Origin: an uncultured Burkholderiaceae bacterium
Lineage (GTDB): Bacteria; Pseudomonadota; Gammaproteobacteria; Burkholderiales; Burkholderiaceae_F
Assembly: GCA_937936215.1 (NCBI GenBank)
Contig: CALGWX010000308.1
Location: 1-40,339, forward strand
DNA length: 40,339 nt
Reading direction: 5' to 3'
Positions 9,242 through 17,913 of the stretch are shown in pieces; positions within the stretch are counted from its first letter, which is position 1; every line of letters starts with the position of its first letter. The notes under the pieces were generated by a model. The model did no database searches, was not told the DNA's origin, and was given only the letters and a program-made list of their open reading frames with translations. Made by a program: the position numbers and the translations under genes.

Positions 9242-12200
9242 TTACTTGACGATCTCGCGCCACGACGTCCTGCCCCGCACCGAGCCGAGTTCGTTCGATC
9301 TGACGCGTTCGACCTGCACATCACCCGTGGAGCCGCCCGCATAAAGGTAGCCGCGGTCCCCCGTGCCGATGTAAACAAGATTGCGGATGATGCCGACCCG
9401 GGAACCGATGAAATCAACCGCCCCCACCGACTGATACGTCGTCCCGATGAAGCTGGCGAGGAAGAACTTCTTGTTGGCCGGCAGCGCGCCGCCGGTATAG
9501 GGGTCGACGGCAAGGATCGACGACGTGCCGCCGCCGGCGCACTTGTCTTCATCCGGGATCAAGGTCGCAAAGATCACCCGGCCGAACTGGATGAGCGGCA
9601 GCCCCACGAAACGCTCTCCACGGGGCGCCGTCCCGGCGGGCGGAGTCAGATCGATGAACCAGCCGTCTCGGCTCGAATTGCCCGTGGCCACGTAGGCGAC
9701 GGGATTCGACGACACCGTCCCCTTCGTCGGGTCGTTCGCGTTGTAACTGCGCGTTTGCGCCACCAGCATGCTGCGGCTGCCGGCACTGTTGCCGGTCGCG
9801 TCGTTGATCGGCGAAGTGCCGCCACGGTCCACGATGCCGTAGAGGGTCTGCGTCGTGACGTCGGTGCGGTCGTCCACCGCAAAGTGACGGCCGGTGCCGA
9901 ACCAGAGCATCGCCGGGCGGCTGTTGCTGTTCGGCGCGTTGACCCCGTCGGGCGCCTTGCCGATCTCGATCGTGCCCGTGATCGGCTGCGGCACACCAGC
10001 GCTGCCAACCGCCGTGCGGGCGTGGAACAGGGGCGCCGGGCTGGAAGTGCTGCCGAACGCAACGCCCCACTGCGCGGGGTTGCTGCTTCTGAGGTCGAAC
10101 TTCCACACATTGCCTTGCAGGTCGCCGGCGTATGCCCAATCGGCAATGCGAAACCCCTGTTGGCCCGCGACCTGGTTGTCGTGCAGCGAGGGCCGGCCGA
10201 GCCCATTGGGCGTCATACAGGGGGCTGTCGAGCTGGTCGAAATCTTTCGCGTAAAGCCGTCCGGCAACCGCACCAGATAAAGCACCGCGCACTCGTTGGC
10301 GCTGCGATAGCCATTGCCGAAGATCGCCCAGAAATTGCCGTCATTCAGACGGCCGATCACCGCCTGGCCGATGGTGTAACCGAGATCGTTATCGGACTGG
10401 CCGTCGATGTCCCAGAGCACCTTGGTCTTGTCGACGGCGGAAGGATCGCTGATGTCGATCGCGAAGACGCCTTTAGCCCCCGCGCCCGTGGTACTGACGA
10501 CCACGGTCCGCCAGGCCCCGTTCCAGTAGGCATCACCGACCCAGGGCGAGCCATCGACGAAATACCGGTGGCTGTAGGCGGGGTCGGCCAGCCGAACAAG
10601 TTCCGACCGGCGATCGGTGGCGGAAATCTGATCCAGCAGCACCGAGCGCGGCACGTACGCAAAAAGCTCTTGGCCCGTATCCGCGTCGAAGCCGTGGAAC
10701 ATGCCATCGTTCGCGCCGACCATCACCAGCTTCTTGCGCGTGCTCGCATTCTTCGCCTGCAAGTACGCGGGGTAGGTCAAGCCCTCTCCAACCAACGTGC
10801 CGCTGACAGTGCTCACCAGCGCGTCGTAGCCGAAGTCCTCCGTTCCGGAGAACGCAATCTCCGAGCCAACGATGTCGCCCAAGCGAACGCCACGGTTGCG
10901 AAAGGCGCCATTGTTGGACAGTTCATTGCTCTGGTCGCCCCGCAGGTAGTCGAGCGTCGGGTCGTCGGCAATCCTGTCCCATAGCCCTGCCGCCTGGAGC
11001 GCGGTTCGGGTGAAGTCGATGCCGCTGGCCACTGCCGCACTGGAAGTGAAGACGTTTCGGGTACCCGCGCTCGGGATCTTGCCCGGGTCCGTCGCCTGCC
11101 ATGCATTGGTTCCCAGCGTGCCGTCGGTGTTCACATTGATTGCCCGCAGCCGGCCGGTCCAGTCGCGCGCATCGAAGCTCGCCTGGTACAGGCGCGACTG
11201 GGTCGTCAGCCGCGTTGAGTTCGCGGCGAGCGAGGCGCCAACATTCGCCTGCTCCAGGGCCCGCGACAGTGCTGCGGCCATCGCATCGACGATCTCGTCT
11301 GGCGTCTCCGCGCTGAAGAACTCGCCGCGGCTGTTCAGGGCGGCGTGCCAGAGGTCGTACATGCGCCCGCTGGAGCCCACCGCCGTCGCTGGCCAGGCCG
11401 CCGCTCCAGTGATCAGGTTGGCGTAACCCGGGCCGCTGAATGAACCACCGGTCCACGGGATGTTCTGGTTGGTCAGCGACGCGCTGATGCCGACGCCCAC
11501 GGTGAAGTTGACCATGTGCTGCCAGCGCGCCGGGTCGTTCTTCGGATTCCAGTACTGCGCCGAGGCACTGCCGCCGCTGCGGTCGCGAACGAACGGCTGC
11601 AGGACATTGGCAAGATCGGAGCGGAGGTCGGTCGCCCAGTAATGAAAGGCGATGTCCGCCAGGCTGTTGCTGTTGCTGTCCGCAAACGGGCGCTGGCTTC
11701 CGGTGTAACTCACGTTGTCCGGCAGCGTCCGCGACGTGCCGTCCACGTTGCCGCAGGATCCGCCAGAGCAATAGCTCGCGGTGTCGCTATCGTCGTAGCT
11801 GCCGCCGGCAACCAGCAGGTTGAAGTTCGGCCGGCAGGCGTACGCCGGATTGGCCGTCGATGCCGTCGACTGAGGGAGCAGCAGGTACGGATTGTTGCTC
11901 GTCGCCGTGCTCGAGTAGTACTGCCCCACACGCTGGAGAGCGTCCCGCATCGGTGCCGCGGGCGTCGTGGAAGCCGAAGCCGGCCGCACCGCGCGCAGCC
12001 AGCCGCGCAGCTCGTCGCGGCGTGCTGAGGAGTACTCCTGAATCAGGTTCGAAACATTAGGCGGATTGTTGCTCGACGACGCGGTATTGGTTGGACACGT
12101 CGAATTCGACGCGAAACTGTTGCAGGAATTCAGCGCCTGCCAGCCGACACGGGCGCCGATCAGCCTCGGATCCGACATCACCCGCCAAGCGCTGCTGACC

Positions 12201-12961
12201 ATGGCCAGGTGGCGCGTGCGGTAATACGAGTACCAGATGGCGAAATTCTGTTCTTCCGCAGCAAGGACGGGCTGCAGGCGATAGCAGTCATCGTTCAGCT
12301 TCTTGGCTTCCAGCGAAAGGGCAGTAGGGCAGCTCGGCAATGCTGGGTCAAAGACGTAGTAATAGGCCCTCACGCCACTAGTGGCGGAATTGGTGCCCAC
12401 TCTGCCCGAGCCCACACCGAGGTCGGCCGCCGCATGATCGGCGAAATTCTGCGTGAAATTGAACGAATTCCCCGACCCGCTGAAAGTAAGCGACAGCGTC
12501 GGCCGGTAGCCGTTGCTGAGGTTGACCTTCCAGCTGTTGCCATCCTCGTAGTAGCCATTCACTAGCGCGGCCGTGAACGAGGTCGGCGTGTTCAGCGCCC
12601 CGTCCGGCACCACGTACCTGATGTTCGGGTTGTAGTACAGCGGGTTGAACGTGCTCGATTTGAAGCGCCGCGAGGCTGCGAGGGCGTGCGAGCCGTTCGT
12701 TGCCACGCCATTGACGGTGGCCGCCAAGCCGGAAAAGTTGTCGCCGAGCGGAAAGGCATTGGCCATGCCCGGCGAGTCATCGAGCGTCAGGATGATGTTG
12801 GGCTCGAGCGCCGATGGCACCACCAGCGGGACGTTCGAGATCATGTACGGCTGCGCACTGGCAAGAGCCGCAACCAAAGACAGGATCACGGCCGCGGCGG
12901 GCGCGTAGCGTCGCACTGCTGGCGGGCGTCGCCGTTGATGAACTTCGGTGTGACTTGGCAT
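9242..12961 (-). CDS. pilY1: Type IV pilus tip-associated adhesin / biogenesis factor PilY1
   Basis: 1239 aa from ATG at 12959-12961, 28 nt after the pilX stop. Signal peptide; N-terminal vWA-like region (EEQNFAIWYSYYRTRHL, LADIAFHYWATDLRSDL, ARWQHMVNFTVGVG); C-terminal PilC/PilY1 beta-propeller signature (WAYAGDLQGNVWKFDL). Confidence 0.9.
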   Translation of the reverse strand: MPSHTEVHQRRRPPAVRRYAPAAAVILSLVAALASAQPYMISNVPLVVPSALEPNIILTLDDSPGMANAFPLGDNFSGLAATVNGVATNGSHALAASRRFKSSTFNPLYYNPNIRYVVPDGALNTPTSFTAALVNGYYEDGNSWKVNLSNGYRPTLSLTFSGSGNSFNFTQNFADHAAADLGVGSGRVGTNSATSGVRAYYYVFDPALPSCPTALSLEAKKLNDDCYRLQPVLAAEEQNFAIWYSYYRTRHLAMVSSAWRVMSDPRLIGARVGWQALNSCNSFASNSTCPTNTASSSNNPPNVSNLIQEYSSARRDELRGWLRAVRPASASTTPAAPMRDALQRVGQYYSSTATSNNPYLLLPQSTASTANPAYACRPNFNLLVAGGSYDDSDTASYCSGGSCGNVDGTSRTLPDNVSYTGSQRPFADSNSNSLADIAFHYWATDLRSDLANVLQPFVRDRSGGSASAQYWNPKNDPARWQHMVNFTVGVGISASLTNQNIPWTGGSFSGPGYANLITGAAAWPATAVGSSGRMYDLWHAALNSRGEFFSAETPDEIVDAMAAALSRALEQANVGASLAANSTRLTTQSRLYQASFDARDWTGRLRAINVNTDGTLGTNAWQATDPGKIPSAGTRNVFTSSAAVASGIDFTRTALQAAGLWDRIADDPTLDYLRGDQSNELSNNGAFRNRGVRLGDIVGSEIAFSGTEDFGYDALVSTVSGTLVGEGLTYPAYLQAKNASTRKKLVMVGANDGMFHGFDADTGQELFAYVPRSVLLDQISATDRRSELVRLADPAYSHRYFVDGSPWVGDAYWNGAWRTVVVSTTGAGAKGVFAIDISDPSAVDKTKVLWDIDGQSDNDLGYTIGQAVIGRLNDGNFWAIFGNGYRSANECAVLYLVRLPDGFTRKISTSSTAPCMTPNGLGRPSLHDNQVAGQQGFRIADWAYAGDLQGNVWKFDLRSSNPAQWGVAFGSTSSPAPLFHARTAVGSAGVPQPITGTIEIGKAPDGVNAPNSNSRPAMLWFGTGRHFAVDDRTDVTTQTLYGIVDRGGTSPINDATGNSAGSRSMLVAQTRSYNANDPTKGTVSSNPVAYVATGNSSRDGWFIDLTPPAGTAPRGERFVGLPLIQFGRVIFATLIPDEDKCAGGGTSSILAVDPYTGGALPANKKFFLASFIGTTYQSVGAVDFIGSRVGIIRNLVYIGTGDRGYLYAGGSTGDVQVERVRSNELGSVRGRTSWREIVK

Positions 12962-12989
12962 CGTCTGCCCCTGCGGGGTCGGCCCTCGA

Positions 12990-13541
12990 TCAATCGCGGA
13001 TGAAGCTCGTCTGCAGCAGCACCACCGTATTGCGGTTGGTGCCCACACCGCGGCCGGTGATCTGATAGGCGTACGCCGCCGGCTGCGGCAGTTCGGCACG
13101 GATGCTCGGATTCATGGAGGTCACCCGCGTCAGGCGCTGCGCGATGCAGCGCGGCTGTTCGGCCACGTCGGGTACGCCGCTGAGTTGCCGCGTGGGCTCC
13201 GTATTCCAGTTGATCGTCTCCCACTTCTCCGATCCGGGCGCGCCATTGGCCGCGGGCGCCGGTTCCGAATACATGCCGGGATCGGTAGCGCCGTTGGCCG
13301 AGAAAACCGGCGGAATCGGGTTGCTGAGATAGCTCTCGCACTCGCGCAGCGCCGCCTCGGCCGCTTCGAAGGCGCGCAGGCGATCACGCGCGTTGCCCGC
13401 CATCCGCTCCTCCTGCGTCGCCACCGAGAACGCGGTGACGCCGATCAAGGTCAGGAGCGCCAGAAAGATCAGCCCGACGATGAGCACCGCGCCAACCTGG
13501 CGTCGCCCAGACCCCCTCACGCTTCGGGACTCGCGCTTCAT
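12990..13541 (-). CDS. pilX: Type IV pilus minor pilin PilX
   Basis: 183 aa. GAVLIVGLIFLALLTLIGVTAFSVATQEERMAGNARDRLRAFEAAEAALRECE is the PilX N-terminal domain pattern. Its ATG overlaps the pilW stop (ATGA at 13538-13541). Confidence 0.85.
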   Translation of the reverse strand: MKRESRSVRGSGRRQVGAVLIVGLIFLALLTLIGVTAFSVATQEERMAGNARDRLRAFEAAEAALRECESYLSNPIPPVFSANGATDPGMYSEPAPAANGAPGSEKWETINWNTEPTRQLSGVPDVAEQPRCIAQRLTRVTSMNPSIRAELPQPAAYAYQITGRGVGTNRNTVVLLQTSFIRD

Positions 13542-14602
13542 GGCAGCCGATTGCGCAGGGCCACCGTGGTGGAGAAGGTCTGCCGCAGACGCCGATCGCC
13601 GCCGCCCCGGGCGGCGTCGGGGTCGACCACGGTGTCGTTGTTCGTGTCGCGCAGATAGATCTCCTGTCTCGCCGGCACGGCCCCGGTTTCCGAACTCACC
13701 GCCGACAGGCTCACCCGCACGCTCAGCACGCGGTCCCAGTCGCTTGCGTTCAGCTGGTCGGCCCGGCGGTAGATGTCGACTGCGTTGTCGCCGTTGGTGT
13801 CCAGCCCGAAGAGGAAGTCGATGTCCTCGATGTTTTCCGCCACCTCTTCGGCGGGCCGCGAGGGGCTGGTCTGGAACCGGTACAGCGACGGTCGACCGGC
13901 GCGGTTGTTGCCGATGAAGTAGCCGATCCGGGCGTAGCGCGCGACGAAAGCCCGACCTTCCCTGCCGAACGAAGGAATCCGGTGCGGGTCGTTGCCCGTG
14001 GCCGAGTGCACGATCGTGATGCAGCCGAAGTTGCCCGCGCCCGCGTTGCAGTTGCCGCCCGAGACATTCGTGGCCCTGAACAGCGCGGCGCGCTGGCAGT
14101 CGGTGACCAGCAGGTCTTCACCGTCCTGAAACTGCGAGCCGCCAATCGTGACCTTGACGTTGGCGTTGGTCGCGTCCTGCTCGATGATGTAGACGGGGGG
14201 ATCGCTCTCCACGAGCTTCGAGATCACCACGACGTCGCCGCGGACGTGGTCGATCGTCGTCGGGTTGGTCGGCGACGATCCGGTGCGCACGAAGCCTGCC
14301 CCTTCTTCGTAGCCCCAGATGCCGGCGCCGAAGGGCATCGCCCCCGGGCCTGACCGGGTGTACACCTCGAGTGTGGTGGCGCGAGACAGGCAGCCCATGT
14401 AACCCGCGCCGCGCAGGTCGCGCGCGATCCACTCCAGCGCGAAGCGGCCGTTCTCCTGCACCCGCGCCAGTGCCTCGTTGGTGCGGTAGGCTCCGCGCGA
14501 GCCGACGTAGACGTAGGTCAGCGCGCTGAGCACCGACACGCTGATGGCGATGCTGACCATCAGTTCGATGATCGAAAGCCCGCGCTCGCGAAGACGCGTC
14601 AT
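13538..14602 (-). CDS. pilW: Type IV pilus minor pilin PilW
   Basis: 354 aa. MTRLRERG|LSIIELMVSIAISVSVLSALTYVYVGSRGAYRTNEALARVQENGRFALEWIARDLRGAGYMGC is a typical PilW N-terminus. Confidence 0.88.
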   Translation of the reverse strand: MTRLRERGLSIIELMVSIAISVSVLSALTYVYVGSRGAYRTNEALARVQENGRFALEWIARDLRGAGYMGCLSRATTLEVYTRSGPGAMPFGAGIWGYEEGAGFVRTGSSPTNPTTIDHVRGDVVVISKLVESDPPVYIIEQDATNANVKVTIGGSQFQDGEDLLVTDCQRAALFRATNVSGGNCNAGAGNFGCITIVHSATGNDPHRIPSFGREGRAFVARYARIGYFIGNNRAGRPSLYRFQTSPSRPAEEVAENIEDIDFLFGLDTNGDNAVDIYRRADQLNASDWDRVLSVRVSLSAVSSETGAVPARQEIYLRDTNNDTVVDPDAARGGGDRRLRQTFSTTVALRNRLP

Positions 14603-14611
14603 GCCATGGCC

Positions 14612-15115
14612 TCAGTTGGCAAGCTGGGCCGTGAGCTGGAACTGGGCCAGCAGCGGCGTGGCTGCACCCCGCGAGTCATCCCACTGCACGGTGACCGTCA
14701 CCTGCGAGCCCGCCACCAGCACCGAGCCCGTTCCGGCGGGCATCACCCGCAGGCGCGTCCGCCAATCGGCGAGGTCGCAATCGGCGATGGTGGCGCCCGT
14801 CGCACACGGCGGGGCCGACGCCGTCAGCGCCAGGTTGTAGTCGTTGGCGTTGGCGAGATTGACGCGGATGCGGTCGACCATGTCATAGGCGAACTGCGCC
14901 GCCTGGCTGCGATAAACGGAGCTCTGCCCGACGCGCATGCCGCTTGCCTGCAGCCCTGCCAAGCCCAGCAGCCCAAGCGAAAGCACTACCACCGCCACGA
15001 GAACCTCGACCAGGCTGACGCCGCCCTGCTGGCCCGGTGCCCTTGCGCCCGCACGCTGCGGCGCAGTGCGGCCGAGCGGCAGCCTCTGCATGGGTCGCGC
15101 CAGGGCCATCGTCAT
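14612..15115 (-). CDS. pilV: Type IV pilus minor pilin PilV
   Basis: GVSLVEVLVAVVVLSLGLLGLAGLQASGMRVGQSSVYRSQAAQFAYDMVDRIRVN is the PilV pattern. ATG at 15113-15115 overlaps the fimU stop (ATGA). An alternative ATG lies at 15091. Confidence 0.85.
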   Translation of the reverse strand: MTMALARPMQRLPLGRTAPQRAGARAPGQQGGVSLVEVLVAVVVLSLGLLGLAGLQASGMRVGQSSVYRSQAAQFAYDMVDRIRVNLANANDYNLALTASAPPCATGATIADCDLADWRTRLRVMPAGTGSVLVAGSQVTVTVQWDDSRGAATPLLAQFQLTAQLAN

Positions 15116-15795
15116 GGCGTACACGTGGTGATGTCGCTGCCAAAGTCTTCTGGAATGCCGTTGTTATTGGCATCGACACCCATCCGCGCCCGGCCGGGGG
15201 AATTGATGATGACGACGCGCGAACGCGAGCGCGTGCCGTCGCGAAGGACATTGCCGTAGCAGAAGACGAAAGTGGCGCACTCCCCCAAGCAGCCGGGCGA
15301 TGCAGAGCCTATGGCGTCGTATAGATGCCGATCCACCCGGCCGTCGGCAGTAAAAGGCACCGAGCCCTCGACTGGCATCGAGGAGCGAAGCGTGAGCGGC
15401 GGGGACAACCGTGGACCGACGCGGAGCAGTTCTTCCCCGCTACCACGCACGCCATCCTTGTTGGGGTCGACGAAGATCTCCCAACCTTCACCCCAATTTT
15501 GAGACGTCGTCGATAGCCGCCGAACGGACACCGGAACGCCGCGGCGCATTGCCTCACTGCGCGCGAAGGCGAATGCAGTCATCAACTCGTTCGCGGCGGT
15601 GTCCAGGCGGTTCCGGATGAAGAACTCCGAGATGTTGGGGGCGGCCAATGCCAACAGCACGGCCAGGATTGCCACCACGATCATCATTTCGATCAGCGTG
15701 ATGCCGGAGGCGAGCGCCAACCTCCACCTCGCGGTCCTGGCGCGGGATACGAGGCGGGAATTCCCGGAAGGAGACATGGATCGCAGGTTGGCCAT
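15112..15795 (-). CDS. fimU: GspH/FimT-family minor pilin (FimU position in the operon)
   Basis: ...LALASG|ITLIEMMIVVAILAVLLALAAPNISEFFIRNRLDTAANELMTAFAFARSEAMRRG, with a later GEGWEIFVDPNKDG motif. The start is uncertain: TTG at 15822, ATG at 15795, ATG at 15777, or TTG at 15723 preceded by GAGGTGGAGG. Confidence 0.8.
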   Translation of the reverse strand: MANLRSMSPSGNSRLVSRARTARWRLALASGITLIEMMIVVAILAVLLALAAPNISEFFIRNRLDTAANELMTAFAFARSEAMRRGVPVSVRRLSTTSQNWGEGWEIFVDPNKDGVRGSGEELLRVGPRLSPPLTLRSSMPVEGSVPFTADGRVDRHLYDAIGSASPGCLGECATFVFCYGNVLRDGTRSRSRVVIINSPGRARMGVDANNNGIPEDFGSDITTCTP

Positions 15796-16028
15796 TTCCT
15801 TGCAAACGATTGTCCGCGCCAACCTCCAGAAGGACTAATCGCTCTGGATGGTCGGCGAAGCCGCTCCGATCAGTGGAGTGGCATCCGCCACCACTTCCAC
15901 GTTGCTTAGCCCATTTGCGCTAGGCGTCCGCGCGTGAATTTTCCGAACCCGATTTGCGGCAAATTCACTGCCGTTCTCGCTCTTCGGCCGGCAGGATTCC
16001 GCAACCAAGCCGCCAGCCGAGAGCCACC

Positions 16029-16568
16029 ATGACCCGCCTGCAAGCGCTTTCCTCCGCCGCCCGCCAACGCGGCGCCAGCCTGATCGAAGCCGCGTTGGCC
16101 ACTGCCATCGCCGGAGTCCTGACGAGCGCGGCGCTGCCACAGATGTCTGACGCACTGACGCAGAACCGGCTGCGTGCCGGCAGCAGCGATCTCCTGGCAA
16201 CGTTCAACCTGGCGCGCGCCGAGGCGATTGCGCGGGGAACGTCGGTGGCCGTGGCTCCGGCCGATGCGCGCGACTGGTCGGGAGGCTGGAAGGTCTTCGT
16301 CGACAGCAACGACAACGGCGTGCAGGACGCCGGCGAGCCGACGCTGGTCGAGCGGCCCGCCATCACGGGCGGGCTGTCGATCCGGCCTTACTTCGGGGCA
16401 ACCTATTCCGGCCGGGTTCTTTCCTACACGCCGGCCGGCCGGCTGCACCGGCCGGGCGGGCAGGGACTCGTCATCGGCCGACTCGTGCTGACGCTCGATG
16501 GCGCCGCGCGCTCGTTGTGTTTTGCTTCGCTTGGCGTGCGGCCAGTGGGCAGTGCGACCTGCGAGTGA
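16029..16568 (+). CDS. fimT: GspH/FimT-family minor pilin, divergent from the fimU operon
   Basis: 179 aa from ATG at 16029. MTRLQALSSAARQRG|ASLIEAALATAIAGVL, then LRAGSSDLLATFNLARAEAIARGTSV and WSGGWKVFVDSNDNGVQDAGEPTL (GspH/FimT domain). Confidence 0.75.
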   Translation: MTRLQALSSAARQRGASLIEAALATAIAGVLTSAALPQMSDALTQNRLRAGSSDLLATFNLARAEAIARGTSVAVAPADARDWSGGWKVFVDSNDNGVQDAGEPTLVERPAITGGLSIRPYFGATYSGRVLSYTPAGRLHRPGGQGLVIGRLVLTLDGAARSLCFASLGVRPVGSATCE

Positions 16569-16639
16569 CGCGGCCGAGCGATCTAAGGTCGATCCACGGG
16601 TACCGCAGCAAGAGGCTGCTGCTGCTGCGAGTCAGAAAC

Positions 16640-16716
16640 TGGCGCGCCCGGCGCGACTCGAACGCACGACCCCTGCCTTCGGAGGGCAGTACTCTATCCA
16701 ACTGAGCTACGGGCGC
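16640..16716 (-). tRNA. tRNA-Arg (anticodon CCG)
   Basis: The reverse complement reads GCGCCCGTAGCTCAGTTGGATAGAGTACTGCCCTCCGAAGGCAGGGGTCGTGCGTTCGAGTCGCGCCGGGCGCGCCA. It folds as a cloverleaf with anticodon stem CTGCC/GGCAG, loop CTCCGAA, a GGTCGTGCGTTCGAGTC T-arm and an encoded CCA. Confidence 0.93.
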
Positions 16717-16836
16717 GAAAGCGCGAGTGTAGCCGGTCCGAGCGGGGCCCCGGAGCGCGAACGCGCGCTCCCTATAATCCTGCGCTCTTCCCTCTTCTCC
16801 AACGCGCCGGCGACGGCGCGCCGCCGGGGCCCGCCG

Positions 16837-17913
16837 ATGTCCGACCAGCACACCTCCCTCATCAAGACCCCCAAGCAGCTGATCACCGTGGTCGTGCTCT
16901 CCTTCGTGGTGCCGGTGCTGATCATCGTGCTGCTGGTGAAGTTCGTCGCCGGGGAGAAGTCGGGCGGCGCCGGGGCGGAGGCGATGACGCCGGAGGCGAT
17001 CAGCGACCGCCTGCGCCCGGTGGGCACCGTGGTGTTGGCGCAAGCCACGGGGCCGCGCGTGCTTCAGTCCGGCGAGGCGGTCTACAAGGCCGCCTGCGGC
17101 GCCTGCCACACGGCCGGCGTCGCCGGCGCGCCCAAGACGGGTGATCTCGCCGCCTGGGCGCCGCGGCTGAAGCTGGGCTACGACACGCTGGTCAAGCACG
17201 CGGTCGAGGGCTTCAAGGGCATGCCCGCCAAGGGCGGGGCCGCGAACCTCGACAACATCGAGGTCGCGCGCGCCGTGGTCTACATGGCCAACGCCTCCGG
17301 GGCCAGCTTCAAGGAGCCGGACCCGGTGAAGATCGGCGAGCACACCGGCCAGCAGGTGGTGGCCGAAGCCTGCGGCACCTGCCACGACACCGGCGCCGGC
17401 GGCGCCCCCAAGGTGGGCGACTGGGCGGCCTGGAAGCCGCGCATCGAGAAGGGCCTGAATGCGCTGTATGAATCCGCGATCACCGGCCACGGCGGCATGC
17501 CGGCGCGCGGCGGCATGGCCAAGCTGACCGACGCGGAGATCCGCCGCGCCATCGAATACATGTTCAACGCCGGCAAGCAGGCCGGCAGCGCGGCGGGCGC
17601 GGCGCCGACCGCCGCGGCGCCGGCGGCCGTGCCGGTGGCCGCGGCAGCGGTGCCAGCCGCCGTTGCCGATGCTGCCGCGGGCAAGAAGCTCTACGAGACC
17701 GCCTGCCTGGCCTGCCACGCGGCGGGCGTCGCCGGTGCGCCCAAACTCGGCGACAGGGCCGCGTGGGCGGCACGCACTGCGGCGGGGGTCGACGCGCTGA
17801 CCGCGAGCGTCATCAAGGGCAAGGGCGCCATGCCGCCTCGGGGCGCGGCGGGAGCGGCTTCGGATGCCGAGCTCCGTGCGGCCGTGGAGTACATGCTGGC
17901 CCAGGTGAGATAG
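16837..17913 (+). CDS. Membrane-anchored three-haem c-type cytochrome (three cytochrome c5-like domains)
   Basis: 358 aa from ATG at 16837. N-terminal TM LITVVVLSFVVPVLIIVLLVKFV. Three CxxCH sites (CGACH, CGTCH, CLACH), each followed by GMPAKGG / GMPARGG / AMPPRGA. An Ala/Pro linker precedes domain 3. Confidence 0.85.
   Translation: MSDQHTSLIKTPKQLITVVVLSFVVPVLIIVLLVKFVAGEKSGGAGAEAMTPEAISDRLRPVGTVVLAQATGPRVLQSGEAVYKAACGACHTAGVAGAPKTGDLAAWAPRLKLGYDTLVKHAVEGFKGMPAKGGAANLDNIEVARAVVYMANASGASFKEPDPVKIGEHTGQQVVAEACGTCHDTGAGGAPKVGDWAAWKPRIEKGLNALYESAITGHGGMPARGGMAKLTDAEIRRAIEYMFNAGKQAGSAAGAAPTAAAPAAVPVAAAAVPAAVADAAAGKKLYETACLACHAAGVAGAPKLGDRAAWAARTAAGVDALTASVIKGKGAMPPRGAAGAASDAELRAAVEYMLAQVR

Noticed and set aside
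15789-15804. A sigma-54-like element TGGCCA-TTTCC-TTGCA on the plus strand, pointing toward the divergent fimT.
   Set aside because: Only the GG-N10-GC core and TTGC match (8 specified bases). About one such match is expected by chance in 80 kb of two-strand sequence. It also lies 225 nt from the fimT ATG and inside possible fimU coding sequence.
16640-16716. tRNA-Arg as the attachment site of an integrated element.
   Set aside because: There is no integrase in the window. By eye I found no second copy of the tRNA 3' end (CGACTCGAACGCACGAC) anywhere in it.
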